A program made the translations under genes and the position numbers. Positions 7,516-19,787 of a stretch of 64,000 nucleotides of DNA are shown piece after piece. Under the pieces are notes generated by a model, which was not told the DNA's origin, did not search any database, and saw nothing but the letters and a program-made list of their open reading frames with translations. Source of the DNA: Bacillales bacterium UBA2289 (GTDB taxonomy: Bacteria > Bacillota_I > Bacilli_A > Izemoplasmatales > Hujiaoplasmataceae); assembly GCA_002345505.1 (NCBI GenBank), contig DDWJ01000034.1, positions 23,747-87,746 on the forward strand. Direction: 5' to 3'. Position 1 is the stretch's first letter, and every line of letters begins with the position of its first letter.

Positions 7516-10500
7516 ATGAGAAATATTATTAGTTTGATTCAATCAAACAAAGACGTAGAAAAAATCAACCGACTTTTCTGCGAGAATAAAGATATCTATA
7601 TAAATAACACAAACGAAGATAATGCTTTGCTTGTTCTTTTAGCGCTTTATTACAAAAATCAAGAAAGCATATTTGTCGTTACTCCTAATTTATATAAAGC
7701 TCAATTACTCTATGATAAACTCAGTAGAGTCCTAGATAAAAACGAAATATCTTTTTACCCACAAGACGAGTTTTTAACCAACGAATTGCTCGTTAGTTCA
7801 ATTGAATTTCGCCTTGAGAGAATTAATACTATCGTAAAATCTTTGGAAAATACAAAGCGAATTATTATAACAAACCTCTATGGTTTATTGAAACCACAAT
7901 TGCCTTACGAGAAATGGAAGAATTCTGAAATAAAGATTAAAGCTAATTCAATATATGATATTGAGCTATTAAAAAATACTCTTATTGAATACGGATATAA
8001 GAAAGAATACACCGTTGAAAAAATGGGAGACTTTTCAATTAGAGGTGGAATAATCGATATCTTTCCAGTTAATTCTAAACAACCGTATCGTTTAGATTTT
8101 TTTGGAGATGAAGTAGAAAAAATTAAGTCCTTTGATATTGACTCTCAAAGATCAATTGACGTTATTGAAAGTTTTTCTATCTATCCAATCATTGAATTCT
8201 TTTATACTGAGAATGAACTTGAAAAATTAAAGTTGATAATTGATGAAAAAAGAAAGTCTATTAATTTTTCTAAAGATGCAATTGATGCAATTAAAGATGA
8301 TATAGAAAAATTAGACTCTAGAGAAGAGCTAGATCGATTAAACCGTTATCTACCATTCTTAACCGATAAACATTATAAGATTACCGATATTGTCAAAAAC
8401 TCTAAACTATTCTTTTTGGATTATCATCGTTCTCTTGAACAACATGAGATTCTAATTGAAGAAATTAAAGAATGGTATATGCAATCTAATGATTATGTTA
8501 AAATGAATTTTGATGTTTTGTACGATGTTAACGAAGTAACGATTCATCCTGGTATAAAAGTTGATTATTTAGATTACAATTATCGAAATGAGTTTAAAAA
8601 TGTTTTTTCTATCTTTGGAGAGGAAGTTATAACCTACAATGACAACCTTGAATATCTATTTAGGGATATGTCCAACAACCTAAACAAGTATATTCAAATT
8701 GTAGCTTTTGAAAACGAAACTTCTTTGATTACTTTTCAGAATAAACTCGATAAAATTAATATTCCATATACGACAAAAAGTTTAGAAAAAGCCGAAAACA
8801 GTAAGGTTAATTTGATTATAAGTGACTCTGTTTTTGATTTCATTTCTCGGAGTTTTAATATTAAGCTCATAACTGAAGAGGCTCTTACAAGGAAACACAT
8901 AACAAGAAAAAGAGGTGAATATGTATCAGTTTACCGACGCTCAGAAAGACTGTCTAGCGTTAATGATCTATCACCGGGAGATTATGTAGTACATTATGAT
9001 TATGGTATTGGTAAGTTTCTGGAAATCAAAACTATGCAGTTCGGAAATGTACAAAATGACTATATTCACATCGAGTATAAGAATGGTGATAAGCTCTATG
9101 TAACTCTAGACGGAATCGATCAAATTCACAAATACTCTGGAAGTGAGGGCTTTAAACCGAAACTATCAAAGTTAGGTGGAAAAGATTGGTCAAAAGCTAA
9201 AGAGAGAGTAAGGCAACAAGTTCAAGAAATTGCGGATAAATTGATAAAACTCTATTCTTCAAGAGAAAAGGCTAACGGATTTGCATTTGCAGATTTTCCT
9301 AAAATGGAAAACGAATTTGCAAATAATTTTGAATATATTGAAACAAAAGATCAGTTAAAAACAATTCAAGAAGTCTTTCAGGACATGCGAAAACCGGTTC
9401 CTATGGATAGATTGATTTGCGGTGATGTTGGGTTCGGAAAAACCGAAATCGCTTTACGAGCAGCTTTTAAAGCCGTTTTAAATCAAAAACAAGTAGCTTA
9501 TCTAGCGCCTACTACTGTTCTTTCTAAACAACATTATGAAACTTTCCAAAAAAGAATGGAAGAATTTGGTATAAATGTTGCTCTACTAAATAGGTTTATC
9601 TCACCTAAGCAACAAAAAGAAACTCTAAAAGCTTTGAAGCAGGGTAACGTAGACATTGTAATCGGTACACACCGTATCTTAAGTAGCGATATTATCTTTA
9701 AGGATCTTGGTTTGTTAATCGTTGACGAAGAACAACGATTCGGTGTTTTGCATAAAGAAAAGATTAAAGAGTATAAAGTTAATATCGATGTATTGTCACT
9801 ATCGGCTACACCTATCCCTAGAACTCTTAATATGGCAATTATGGGAGTTAAAAACATGTCTATACTTGAGACGGCTCCAGAAAACCGGTATCCAATTCAA
9901 ACATATGTATTGGAAAGAAACGATATTATTTTACGTGATGCTATTGAAAGAGAATTAGCTAGAAATGGTCAAGTATTTTATCTTTATAACCGTGTAGACA
10001 ATATCGACTTCATTGCTGATAAAGTTAAATTATTAGTTCCTGAAGCTAGAATCGATATTGCTCATGGTCAAATGAGAAAACACGACCTAGAAAAAGTAAT
10101 TGACAGTTTTATCGAAAAAGATATTGATGTTTTAATATCCACTACAATTATCGAAACTGGGATTGACATCCCTAACGCTAATACTTTAGTCATTCATGAC
10201 GCTGACTTATTAGGTTTGTCACAACTTTACCAAATTCGCGGACGTGTAGGAAGATCAAACAGAATCGCCTATGCTTACTTAATGTATAATAAGAATAAGA
10301 AACTTACTGAAGAAGCCGGCAAAAGACTTCAAGTAATTAAAGAGTTTACTGAATTAGGTAGTGGTTTTAAAATTGCACTTCGAGATTTATCTATTCGTGG
10401 TGCGGGTGACGTATTAGGACAAGAACAAAGTGGCTTTATTGATTCAGTCGGTATCGATATGTACATGCAAATTCTTCAAGAAGAAGTCTCTAAAGCAAGA

Positions 10501-10974
10501 GGGAATGAAAAAAATATTGATAATTCAAGAAAAATCAAAGCTAATGTTTCTAAATTTATCGAAAAAGATTACATTGAAGATGATTACATTAAGATTGAAA
10601 TGCATAAGAAAATTAATTCAGTTAAAACGATTAAAGACGTTAAAGAAGTTCTCTCAGAAATCAAAGATCGATTCGGTGATTACAATATTGAACTTGAGAT
10701 ATACATATATGAAAAACTATTTGAATATCTGGCAAAAGAATTGGATGTTGAAAAAATTAAAGAGAATAAAGCAAGAATAACCTTAACTTTATCAGAAGAT
10801 CAAACAAATAGTATGGCAGCCGCAAACATTTTTAAAAGCAGTTTAGATGTTTCAAAAGACTTTAGATTCGCTATTGAGAAAAATCAATTTCAAATCATTT
10901 TAGAGACAGTAAATTTAAAACAACATTGGCTATATTCAATGGTTGATTTCCTGGAAAAAATACTTAATATTTAG
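7516..10974 (+). CDS. mfd: Transcription-repair coupling factor
   Basis: About 1150 aa. Has the CarD-like segment GDYVVHYDYGIGKF, helicase motifs GDVGFGKTE and DEEQRFG, and QLYQIRGRVGRS. A GGAGG RBS precedes the ATG at 7516. Confidence 0.95.
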   Translation: MRNIISLIQSNKDVEKINRLFCENKDIYINNTNEDNALLVLLALYYKNQESIFVVTPNLYKAQLLYDKLSRVLDKNEISFYPQDEFLTNELLVSSIEFRLERINTIVKSLENTKRIIITNLYGLLKPQLPYEKWKNSEIKIKANSIYDIELLKNTLIEYGYKKEYTVEKMGDFSIRGGIIDIFPVNSKQPYRLDFFGDEVEKIKSFDIDSQRSIDVIESFSIYPIIEFFYTENELEKLKLIIDEKRKSINFSKDAIDAIKDDIEKLDSREELDRLNRYLPFLTDKHYKITDIVKNSKLFFLDYHRSLEQHEILIEEIKEWYMQSNDYVKMNFDVLYDVNEVTIHPGIKVDYLDYNYRNEFKNVFSIFGEEVITYNDNLEYLFRDMSNNLNKYIQIVAFENETSLITFQNKLDKINIPYTTKSLEKAENSKVNLIISDSVFDFISRSFNIKLITEEALTRKHITRKRGEYVSVYRRSERLSSVNDLSPGDYVVHYDYGIGKFLEIKTMQFGNVQNDYIHIEYKNGDKLYVTLDGIDQIHKYSGSEGFKPKLSKLGGKDWSKAKERVRQQVQEIADKLIKLYSSREKANGFAFADFPKMENEFANNFEYIETKDQLKTIQEVFQDMRKPVPMDRLICGDVGFGKTEIALRAAFKAVLNQKQVAYLAPTTVLSKQHYETFQKRMEEFGINVALLNRFISPKQQKETLKALKQGNVDIVIGTHRILSSDIIFKDLGLLIVDEEQRFGVLHKEKIKEYKVNIDVLSLSATPIPRTLNMAIMGVKNMSILETAPENRYPIQTYVLERNDIILRDAIERELARNGQVFYLYNRVDNIDFIADKVKLLVPEARIDIAHGQMRKHDLEKVIDSFIEKDIDVLISTTIIETGIDIPNANTLVIHDADLLGLSQLYQIRGRVGRSNRIAYAYLMYNKNKKLTEEAGKRLQVIKEFTELGSGFKIALRDLSIRGAGDVLGQEQSGFIDSVGIDMYMQILQEEVSKARGNEKNIDNSRKIKANVSKFIEKDYIEDDYIKIEMHKKINSVKTIKDVKEVLSEIKDRFGDYNIELEIYIYEKLFEYLAKELDVEKIKENKARITLTLSEDQTNSMAAANIFKSSLDVSKDFRFAIEKNQFQIILETVNLKQHWLYSMVDFLEKILNI

Positions 10975-11001
10975 AGCGCTAAAAAAAGCGCTCTTTTTAT
11001 T
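10973..11001 (+). terminator. Intrinsic terminator after mfd
   Basis: AGAGCGCT-aaaaaaa-AGCGCTCT followed by TTTTT. Confidence 0.8.
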
Positions 11002-11021
11002 GGTAAATTACTTCAAAATCA

Positions 11022-11050
11022 TTGAAAAATTGAGGCATATATTATATAAT
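11022..11050 (+). promoter_or_regulatory. Sigma-A promoter for yaaA-recF-gyrB-gyrA
   Basis: TTGAAA, 17 nt, TATAAT. Confidence 0.6.
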
Positions 11051-11083
11051 ATATTATATATATAATAATATATGGGGAAACTG

Positions 11084-11292
11084 ATGAAAGATGTAAAAAT
11101 CACAACTGAATATATAACTTTAGGACAGTTAGTAAAGTTTTTAAGCCTTGTCGGTTCTGGTGGAGAAGTCAAGTTTTTTTTACTTGAAAACGAGATTTTA
11201 ATCAATGGGGAAATTGATAACCGACGTGGTCGAAAAATCTATCCAAACGATATTGTTGCTATAAACAATCAAAGATATAAGCTTGTATCAAA

Positions 11293-11296
<4 letters not shown>
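11084..11296 (+). CDS. yaaA: S4-domain RNA-binding protein YaaA
   Basis: About 70 aa. ITLGQLVKFLSLVGSGGEVKFFL...NGEIDNRRGRKIYPND resembles B. subtilis YaaA, and the gene sits immediately upstream of recF. An alternative ATG lies at 11072. Confidence 0.75.
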
Positions 11297-14290
<2,994 letters not shown>

Positions 14291-14303
14291 AATGGAGGAA
14301 AAC

Positions 14304-16949
14304 ATGGAAGAAAATAAACCTATTATCGATGGAAAGAATTTCGATAAAATATCAGAAATAAATCTTACTAGTGAAATGAAAACCTCCTTCTTGTCTTACG
14401 CTATGAGTGTAATTGTTGCAAGAGCAATCCCAGACGTAAGAGATGGATTAAAACCAGTACATAGACGAATACTCTATGGAATGGATGAATTAGGAGTATA
14501 TGCCGATAAAGCTTATAAAAAATCAGCGAGAATCGTTGGGGATGTAATGGGTAAGTATCACCCTCATGGTGATAGTTCAATCTATGATGCTCTAGTAAGA
14601 CTTGCTCAAGACTTCAGCACAAGATATCCTTTAGTTAACGGTCACGGAAACTTTGGTTCAATTGACGGCGATCCACCTGCAGCTATGCGTTATACAGAAG
14701 CGAGAATGGAGAAAATTACTCACGAAATTCTTAAAGACTTAAAAAAAGATACCGTTGATTTCGTTGATAATTACGATGGATCAGAATCAGAACCAAAAGT
14801 TCTACCAACTAGAATTCCAAATCTTCTAGTAAATGGTTCGAGCGGTATTGCCGTAGCGATGGCCACGAATATTCCACCTCATAATTTGAATGAAATTCTT
14901 GATGGTTATATTGCTTATGTTAATAATAAAGACATTGAATTAGATGAAATAATGGAATTTATTAAAGGTCCCGATTTCCCTACCGGCGGTATCATTTTAG
15001 GAACATCGGGAATATTATCTGCTTACGCTACCGGTAAAGGCTCAATTAGAATCAAAGCTAAAACCGACATAATTGAATTGCATAATGCCAAAAAGCAAAT
15101 TATCGTTAGAGAAATTCCTTACGCTGTAAATAAAACAACCTTAATCGATCGTATTGCCGAGCTAGCCAAAGAAGGAAAAGTCGACGGTATTACCGATTTA
15201 AGAGATGAATCAAGCCGTAAAGGTATGAAAATAGTAATCGAATTAAGAAGAGATGCTAACGCTGAAGTTGTTCTTAACAACTTGCTTAAGAATTCTCAAC
15301 TCCAAACAACCTTCGGTGCTAATATGCTTGCTCTTGTTAATGATAGACCTGTTGTTTTAGGCCTTATTGATATGATTAAGTACTATTATGAACACCAAGT
15401 TGAAGTCTTAGTTCGTAAAACAAAGTTCGATTTAGAAAAAGCTCAACAACGTCTTCACTTGCTGGAAGGTTTTATAATAGCTTTAGATAATATTGACGCT
15501 GTAATTAAAATTATTAGAGAGTCTTATGATGATACTGAATCACTTCTAATGACTGCTTTCAATTTATCTGAAATCCAAACTAAAGCAATTCTACAAATGC
15601 AATTAAGAAGATTATCTGGGTTGGAAAGAGAAAAGATTGATCAAGAAGTCACGATTTTAAATGACACAATAAAAGACTTACAAGAAACTCTAATCGATAA
15701 AAACAAACAAGATCAAATCTTAATCAATGAAGCAATTGAAATGAAAGAAAAATATGGCGACGCGAGACGAACAGATATTGATCCTTTTGGAGATAGTGAT
15801 ATCGAAGATGAAGATTTAATTCCGATTGAAGACGTAATAATCGCTGTAACCACCAATGGATACGTTAAACGTATGAATTTAGATGTCTATCGTTCACAAA
15901 ATCGTGGTGGTAGAGGAAAAACCGGAATCAACCTTAATGAAGATGATGTAATTGATTCAATTACGTTTACTCAAACGCATGACTACTTATTATTCTTTAC
16001 CAATATGGGTCGCGTTTACAAAATGAAGGGTTATAAAGTCCCTAATTTCGGAAGAAGTTCAAAAGGATTGCCAATAGTTAATTTGCTTAACTTAAACGAA
16101 GGCGAAGAATTAGCTGCTGTAATGTCTTTAAAGAATTTTGATGAAGGCTATTTATTCTTTACGACTAAGAATGGTTTAGTAAAGAGAACTTCCGTATCTA
16201 ATTTCCAAAACATCAGAGTTAATGGAATTAGAGCTATAACATTAAGAGACGATGATTTCTTACACTCAGTTCGTTTAACTGATGGTCAAAGAGACGTTAT
16301 CATCGGTGCATCAAATGGAAAAGCAATCCGTTTCAATGAAAATGATGTTAGAGAGATGGGAAGAACTGCTGCTGGTGTAAAAGGTATAAGTTTATCAAAT
16401 ACCGAATCTGTTGTTGGTGTATCTACTGTAACTGAAGATCGAAACCAAATTCTTGCAATTACCAAAAAAGGTTACGGTAAGAGAACAGATGTTGATGAAT
16501 ACCGTCTACAAAAACGTGGTGGTAAAGGTGTTAAAACCATCAATGTCACAAGTAAAAACGGAGAACTCGCTAAACTTATTTCCGTTGTTGGCAACGAAGA
16601 CTTATTAGCTGTATCTGACAAAGGTATTATTATCAGAACACCAATAGATCAAATTTCAATTACTAAACGTGCTACTCAAGGAGTAAAGATTATCAATCTT
16701 GTTGAAGATCATGTAGTTTCAACAATAGCCTTAGTGGACAAAGATGAGGAAGTTGATGATATAAATATTGAAGTTTCTGATGGAATGATTCAAGAATCAA
16801 ATGCTAATATTCCTTTAGAAACACCGAAAACAGAAGCTTTTTCAGAAGTTGATGAAGACTCATTTGTTGAAGAACCAGATAATGAGAATGAAAACAGCGA
16901 AGATGAAGAAGTTGATGAATTAGAAGAAATATTGAAGAACTCATATTAA
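14304..16949 (+). CDS. gyrA: DNA gyrase subunit A
   Basis: Has the motifs [12 protein letters not shown] and AAMRYTE (active-site Tyr region), plus a C-terminal beta-pinwheel and an acidic tail. A GGAGG RBS lies 5 nt before the ATG at 14304. The ORF track starts at 14283. Confidence 0.98.
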   Translation: MEENKPIIDGKNFDKISEINLTSEMKTSFLSYAMSVIVARAIPDVRDGLKPVHRRILYGMDELGVYADKAYKKSARIVGDVMGKYHPHGDSSIYDALVRLAQDFSTRYPLVNGHGNFGSIDGDPPAAMRYTEARMEKITHEILKDLKKDTVDFVDNYDGSESEPKVLPTRIPNLLVNGSSGIAVAMATNIPPHNLNEILDGYIAYVNNKDIELDEIMEFIKGPDFPTGGIILGTSGILSAYATGKGSIRIKAKTDIIELHNAKKQIIVREIPYAVNKTTLIDRIAELAKEGKVDGITDLRDESSRKGMKIVIELRRDANAEVVLNNLLKNSQLQTTFGANMLALVNDRPVVLGLIDMIKYYYEHQVEVLVRKTKFDLEKAQQRLHLLEGFIIALDNIDAVIKIIRESYDDTESLLMTAFNLSEIQTKAILQMQLRRLSGLEREKIDQEVTILNDTIKDLQETLIDKNKQDQILINEAIEMKEKYGDARRTDIDPFGDSDIEDEDLIPIEDVIIAVTTNGYVKRMNLDVYRSQNRGGRGKTGINLNEDDVIDSITFTQTHDYLLFFTNMGRVYKMKGYKVPNFGRSSKGLPIVNLLNLNEGEELAAVMSLKNFDEGYLFFTTKNGLVKRTSVSNFQNIRVNGIRAITLRDDDFLHSVRLTDGQRDVIIGASNGKAIRFNENDVREMGRTAAGVKGISLSNTESVVGVSTVTEDRNQILAITKKGYGKRTDVDEYRLQKRGGKGVKTINVTSKNGELAKLISVVGNEDLLAVSDKGIIIRTPIDQISITKRATQGVKIINLVEDHVVSTIALVDKDEEVDDINIEVSDGMIQESNANIPLETPKTEAFSEVDEDSFVEEPDNENENSEDEEVDELEEILKNSY

Positions 16950-16955
16950 AAAAAT

Positions 16956-16997
16956 ATCCTAGACTAATGAAATATCAGTCTAGGATTTTTTTATTTT
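16956..16997. terminator. Bidirectional terminator between gyrA and the ZIP transporter gene
   Basis: ATCCTAGACT-loop-AGTCTAGGAT flanked by T-runs on both strands. Confidence 0.75.
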
Positions 16998-17009
16998 TAT
17001 AATTATATT

Positions 17010-17816
17010 CTAACCTAATGCAACATCTAGCAACATCATAACTGAAAAACCAATCATGGCTCCTATGGTTGCTATTTTCGTTGTTTTAAGCATTTGTGAT
17101 TCAGGAATCAATTCCTCTATGACAACATAAATCATCGCACCAGCAGCGAAAGAAAGTGCATATGGTAAAATATTTCTCATAGTCAAAGCTAATAAGGCTC
17201 CAATAACTCCGGCTATAGGTTCAACGATGCCGCTTAACTGACCAATCATAAAAGCTTTGTTCTTCGACATACCTTCTCTATGTAAAGGAACACTAACTGC
17301 AGTACCTTCAGGTAGATTTTGTATACCAATCCCAATTGCAAGCGCTACTGCAGCTCCAACAGTTGCTCCAGGAATGCCTGCGGCTGCTGCACCAAAAGCA
17401 ACCCCTACAGCTAAACCTTCTGGGATATTATGTAAAGTAATTGATAATACCAATAAAACTGATCTTCTCCATTTGCTTGGCAATCCTTCTTCATGATGTG
17501 ATTCAACATGCATATGAGGTAAAAATTTGTCTACCGCCATAAGAAAAACTCCACCAGATAAGAATCCAACAACTGCTGGTACCCATGGTATCATACCGAT
17601 TTCTTCTGCTAATTGAATACCTGGGTTCAATAAACTCCAAAATGAGGCAGCAATCATTACTCCGGCACTAAAGCCAAGCATTCCATTCATAAAAGATTGA
17701 TTCATACTCTTAAAAACAAAAACTAAACCCGCTCCAATAGCCGTCATCGAATAAGTAAAAAGAGTACCTATTAAAGCTGCTAAAACAGGATTTATGCTTG
17801 TAAAAAACTCTACCAT
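17010..17816 (-). CDS. ZIP-family divalent metal (zinc) transporter, ZupT-like
   Basis: Polytopic protein with the ZIP signature HNIPEGLAVG and a His-rich loop HMHVESHHEEG. A GGAGG RBS precedes the ATG at 17816. Confidence 0.85.
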   Translation of the reverse strand: MVEFFTSINPVLAALIGTLFTYSMTAIGAGLVFVFKSMNQSFMNGMLGFSAGVMIAASFWSLLNPGIQLAEEIGMIPWVPAVVGFLSGGVFLMAVDKFLPHMHVESHHEEGLPSKWRRSVLLVLSITLHNIPEGLAVGVAFGAAAAGIPGATVGAAVALAIGIGIQNLPEGTAVSVPLHREGMSKNKAFMIGQLSGIVEPIAGVIGALLALTMRNILPYALSFAAGAMIYVVIEELIPESQMLKTTKIATIGAMIGFSVMMLLDVALG

Positions 17817-17850
17817 AATAACCTCCGTCAATATCAATTGTGTTGATAAA

Positions 17851-18804
17851 TTATATCATATTTTTATTGATAAAATCACTAAAACTACTATATTTGTATT
17901 TTTTCATCACTAATAATACTCTATAAGTATTAAATGGTGATAATTGGTTCGCTCTACGATAAATTCCATAATATTTACCAACCGATAAACTATCTGCTTT
18001 AATTCTTCCGTAATCATCAAGTCTATTTAAAATGGATTTCAGTCCATCTTCCATTCTCTCATCATATGGTATATTTAAATTTGCCATAACATATAAAGCT
18101 CGTAAAATATCATATTTCCAACCATATGGAAACGGAAATTTCAACATATCTTTGTGAATGGTTTCTCCAGTTTTTACAGACTTAAACAATCTTTTCGTTA
18201 AAATGTATTCTGACCCCGTCTTGCAACCTTCATTAATTTCTTGTAACCTGTAACTATAATTTAGTTCTTTCAGATTTGCAAAAGCTTCTAGAACTGACAA
18301 GGTCGTATGCAAAGAAGATTGTTTAGGGTAAGGTCTTCTTTCCCAAGAACAATTCCAACCACCATCACTCATTTTGTGATCTAAAATATAATCAATCATT
18401 TCAAACAATCTTATATCATTCAATCTAGCTTGTGAGCATATCCTTATCATCATAGCTACCACACAAATATCTTGATGTCTATAATTACTTACCTTACCAT
18501 CTTTATACCATAAATTTTCTAGCAAGATTTCAATAGCTTTTAAGTATCTTGTTTTACTCAAATCTATTCCTAATTCACAAAGAATTAGTAGTGAATAATG
18601 AGTTGAAGTATATTTTGGCGAATAAACGCCTTCACTCCAAAATGAGGTTTTCAAATCTTGTTTGGATATAATTGTTTTAGCGAAATCTGAGGAGTCAATT
18701 ACTTCTTTTATATCACTAGCTAAATAGTGATTTTCTAATAAATATTTCTCAACATGATATTCTGTGAATAAATCTTCTGATTTTAGCCATTCAATAACAT
18801 TCAT
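17851..18804 (-). CDS. Alpha/alpha-toroid protein, prenyltransferase/terpene-cyclase-repeat-like, function unknown
   Basis: About 317 aa. A repeat-like SDGGWNCSW motif and a helix-rich periodic sequence suggest the fold. There is no DxDD or DDxxD catalytic motif. An AGAGGTG RBS precedes the ATG at 18804. Confidence 0.45.
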   Translation of the reverse strand: MNVIEWLKSEDLFTEYHVEKYLLENHYLASDIKEVIDSSDFAKTIISKQDLKTSFWSEGVYSPKYTSTHYSLLILCELGIDLSKTRYLKAIEILLENLWYKDGKVSNYRHQDICVVAMMIRICSQARLNDIRLFEMIDYILDHKMSDGGWNCSWERRPYPKQSSLHTTLSVLEAFANLKELNYSYRLQEINEGCKTGSEYILTKRLFKSVKTGETIHKDMLKFPFPYGWKYDILRALYVMANLNIPYDERMEDGLKSILNRLDDYGRIKADSLSVGKYYGIYRRANQLSPFNTYRVLLVMKKYKYSSFSDFINKNMI

Positions 18805-18824
18805 AAATTGCACCTCTTTTTTTT

Positions 18825-18853
18825 ATTATATAATTAATCAAAGACTGTTACAA
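18825..18853 (-). promoter_or_regulatory. Putative promoter of the toroid-ZIP operon
   Basis: On the minus strand: TTGTAA, 17 nt, TATAAT. The leader would be very short. Confidence 0.4.
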
Positions 18854-18860
18854 TAGATAT

Positions 18861-18884
18861 AAAAAAACACCATAAAAATGGTGT
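18861..18884 (-). terminator. Intrinsic terminator after tRNA-Ser
   Basis: On the minus strand: ACACCAT-TTTT-ATGGTGT followed by T7. Confidence 0.8.
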
Positions 18885-18897
18885 TTAATTTATTAAC

Positions 18898-18988
18898 TGG
18901 CGGAGTAAGAGAGATTCGAACTCTCGCGCCGGTTTCCCGACCTACACCCTTAGCAGGGGCGCCTCTTCGGCCTCTTGAGTATTACTCC
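18898..18988 (-). tRNA. tRNA-Ser (anticodon GCU)
   Basis: 91 nt cloverleaf read by hand. Acceptor GGAGTAA/TTACTCC, anticodon stem CGCCC/GGGTG, loop CUGCUAA, long variable arm, T-arm GAGAG-TTCGAAT-CTCTC, encoded CCA. Confidence 0.95.
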
Positions 18989-19009
18989 ATTTCAACAGTC
19001 AGCCATTTA

Positions 19010-19038
19010 ATATTACTAGATTTTTTACTGACTGTCAA
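19010..19038 (-). promoter_or_regulatory. Consensus promoter for tRNA-Ser
   Basis: On the minus strand: TTGACA, 17 nt, TAATAT. It lies about 20 nt upstream of the mature tRNA 5' end. Confidence 0.65.
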
Positions 19039-19045
19039 GATTTTT

Positions 19046-19717
19046 TTAACTAATGTAAGATTCAGGTTGTTCTACTTCATCCTCGATAGGTTTTGGTAAT
19101 TCTTTTTCAACTTCTTTGTTCTGAACTTTGGTTTTTGGTTGGTTCAATGTCTTTGAATATTCTCTGTATTTTCGATATCCGCCATAGCCATCAAATCCAA
19201 GATAAATACCTCCACCTATAGCAATAATCAACAATAACCATCCTAATGTGGAAATAATTGTGCCATTGCCTTGTAAGGTCAACGTCAATACAACAGGTCC
19301 AATCCCAATGAAGAACATATGCATCCAAAACTTAGCAGATTCGCTTTTCTCATTAAAATAGTATAATGAAACAAAGTAAATAATACCTCTTGCTAGTAAG
19401 AAAAATGTTAACATATATCCATATAAAGCTGACCAAATTCCTTCATCTGATTTCCCAGAAAAAGCTACATAAACCATTAATCCCCCAATTATGAATTCAA
19501 AAATAATTTCAATTAGGTTTATGGTTCTTAATACTTCAGTTTTCAATGTTTTCATTAAAGGATATACTCTAAAAACAGAGAAAATTACAACTGCGAGCCC
19601 TGTAGCAGCATACACAATGTCTTCTTCATATATTTTTGATAAAATCCCCACAGCTAAAATAATCGCAGCTAGTGCCCACTTTATTACCCAGCCATATCCG
19701 TATTTTGGTTTTGTCAT
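19046..19717 (-). CDS. Hypothetical polytopic membrane protein with charged C-terminal tail
   Basis: 223 aa with about 6 hydrophobic segments and a Lys/Glu-rich C-terminus. A GGAGG RBS is present. No family recognised. Confidence 0.5.
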   Translation of the reverse strand: MTKPKYGYGWVIKWALAAIILAVGILSKIYEEDIVYAATGLAVVIFSVFRVYPLMKTLKTEVLRTINLIEIIFEFIIGGLMVYVAFSGKSDEGIWSALYGYMLTFFLLARGIIYFVSLYYFNEKSESAKFWMHMFFIGIGPVVLTLTLQGNGTIISTLGWLLLIIAIGGGIYLGFDGYGGYRKYREYSKTLNQPKTKVQNKEVEKELPKPIEDEVEQPESYIS

Positions 19718-19787
19718 AATAAAACCTCCTTCTTATTACTTATACTAATTATATTACTATCAGCAACTTATTTTCAATAACCTAAAG

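Noticed and set aside
9534-9857. Antisense or out-of-frame ORFs in the six-frame track. Examples: 657-905, 1064-1261, 9534-9857, 9722-9958, 10430-10780, 11008-11205, 13804-13995, 17257-17496, 19491-19748, 20011-20580, 23237-23488, 24407-24634, 26505-26750, 28887-29207, 34170-34358, 34855-35046, 37558-38290, 39762-39965, 41322-41522, 44833-45021, 47878-48150, 51126-51341, 56136-56342, 56786-57004, 60270-60482, 63500-63697.
   Set aside because: Each lies entirely inside, or mostly overlaps, a long ORF with recognisable conserved motifs. They have low-complexity, Ser/Leu/Ile/Phe-rich translations and no RBS. These are the stop-poor shadow frames expected opposite or alongside real genes in AT-rich DNA.
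11038-11072. AT-only tract (atattatataatatattatatatataataatatat) next to yaaA-recF-gyrBA, considered as an oriC unwinding element or a repeat array.
   Set aside because: I found no DnaA-box (TTATCCACA-like) clusters nearby, and dnaA/dnaN are absent. The tract contains the -10 element and leader of the yaaA promoter. It is simple low-complexity AT sequence and not a spaced repeat array.
16740-16949. Highly acidic Asp/Glu-rich C-terminal tail of GyrA, considered as a separate ORF or a repeat.
   Set aside because: It is in frame and continuous with gyrA. Acidic C-terminal tails are a known feature of some GyrA proteins.
18878-19099. 73-aa plus-strand ORF spanning the tRNA-Ser locus.
   Set aside because: It is the reverse complement of a perfectly folding tRNA-Ser(GCU) and its promoter. 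It is not a credible protein gene.
17851-19717. tRNA-Ser as an integration site for a genomic island or prophage remnant.
   Set aside because: There is no integrase, recombinase or phage gene on either side. I did not spot a direct repeat of the tRNA 3' end. The flanking genes have the same AT-rich composition and the same promoter and terminator style as the rest of the window.
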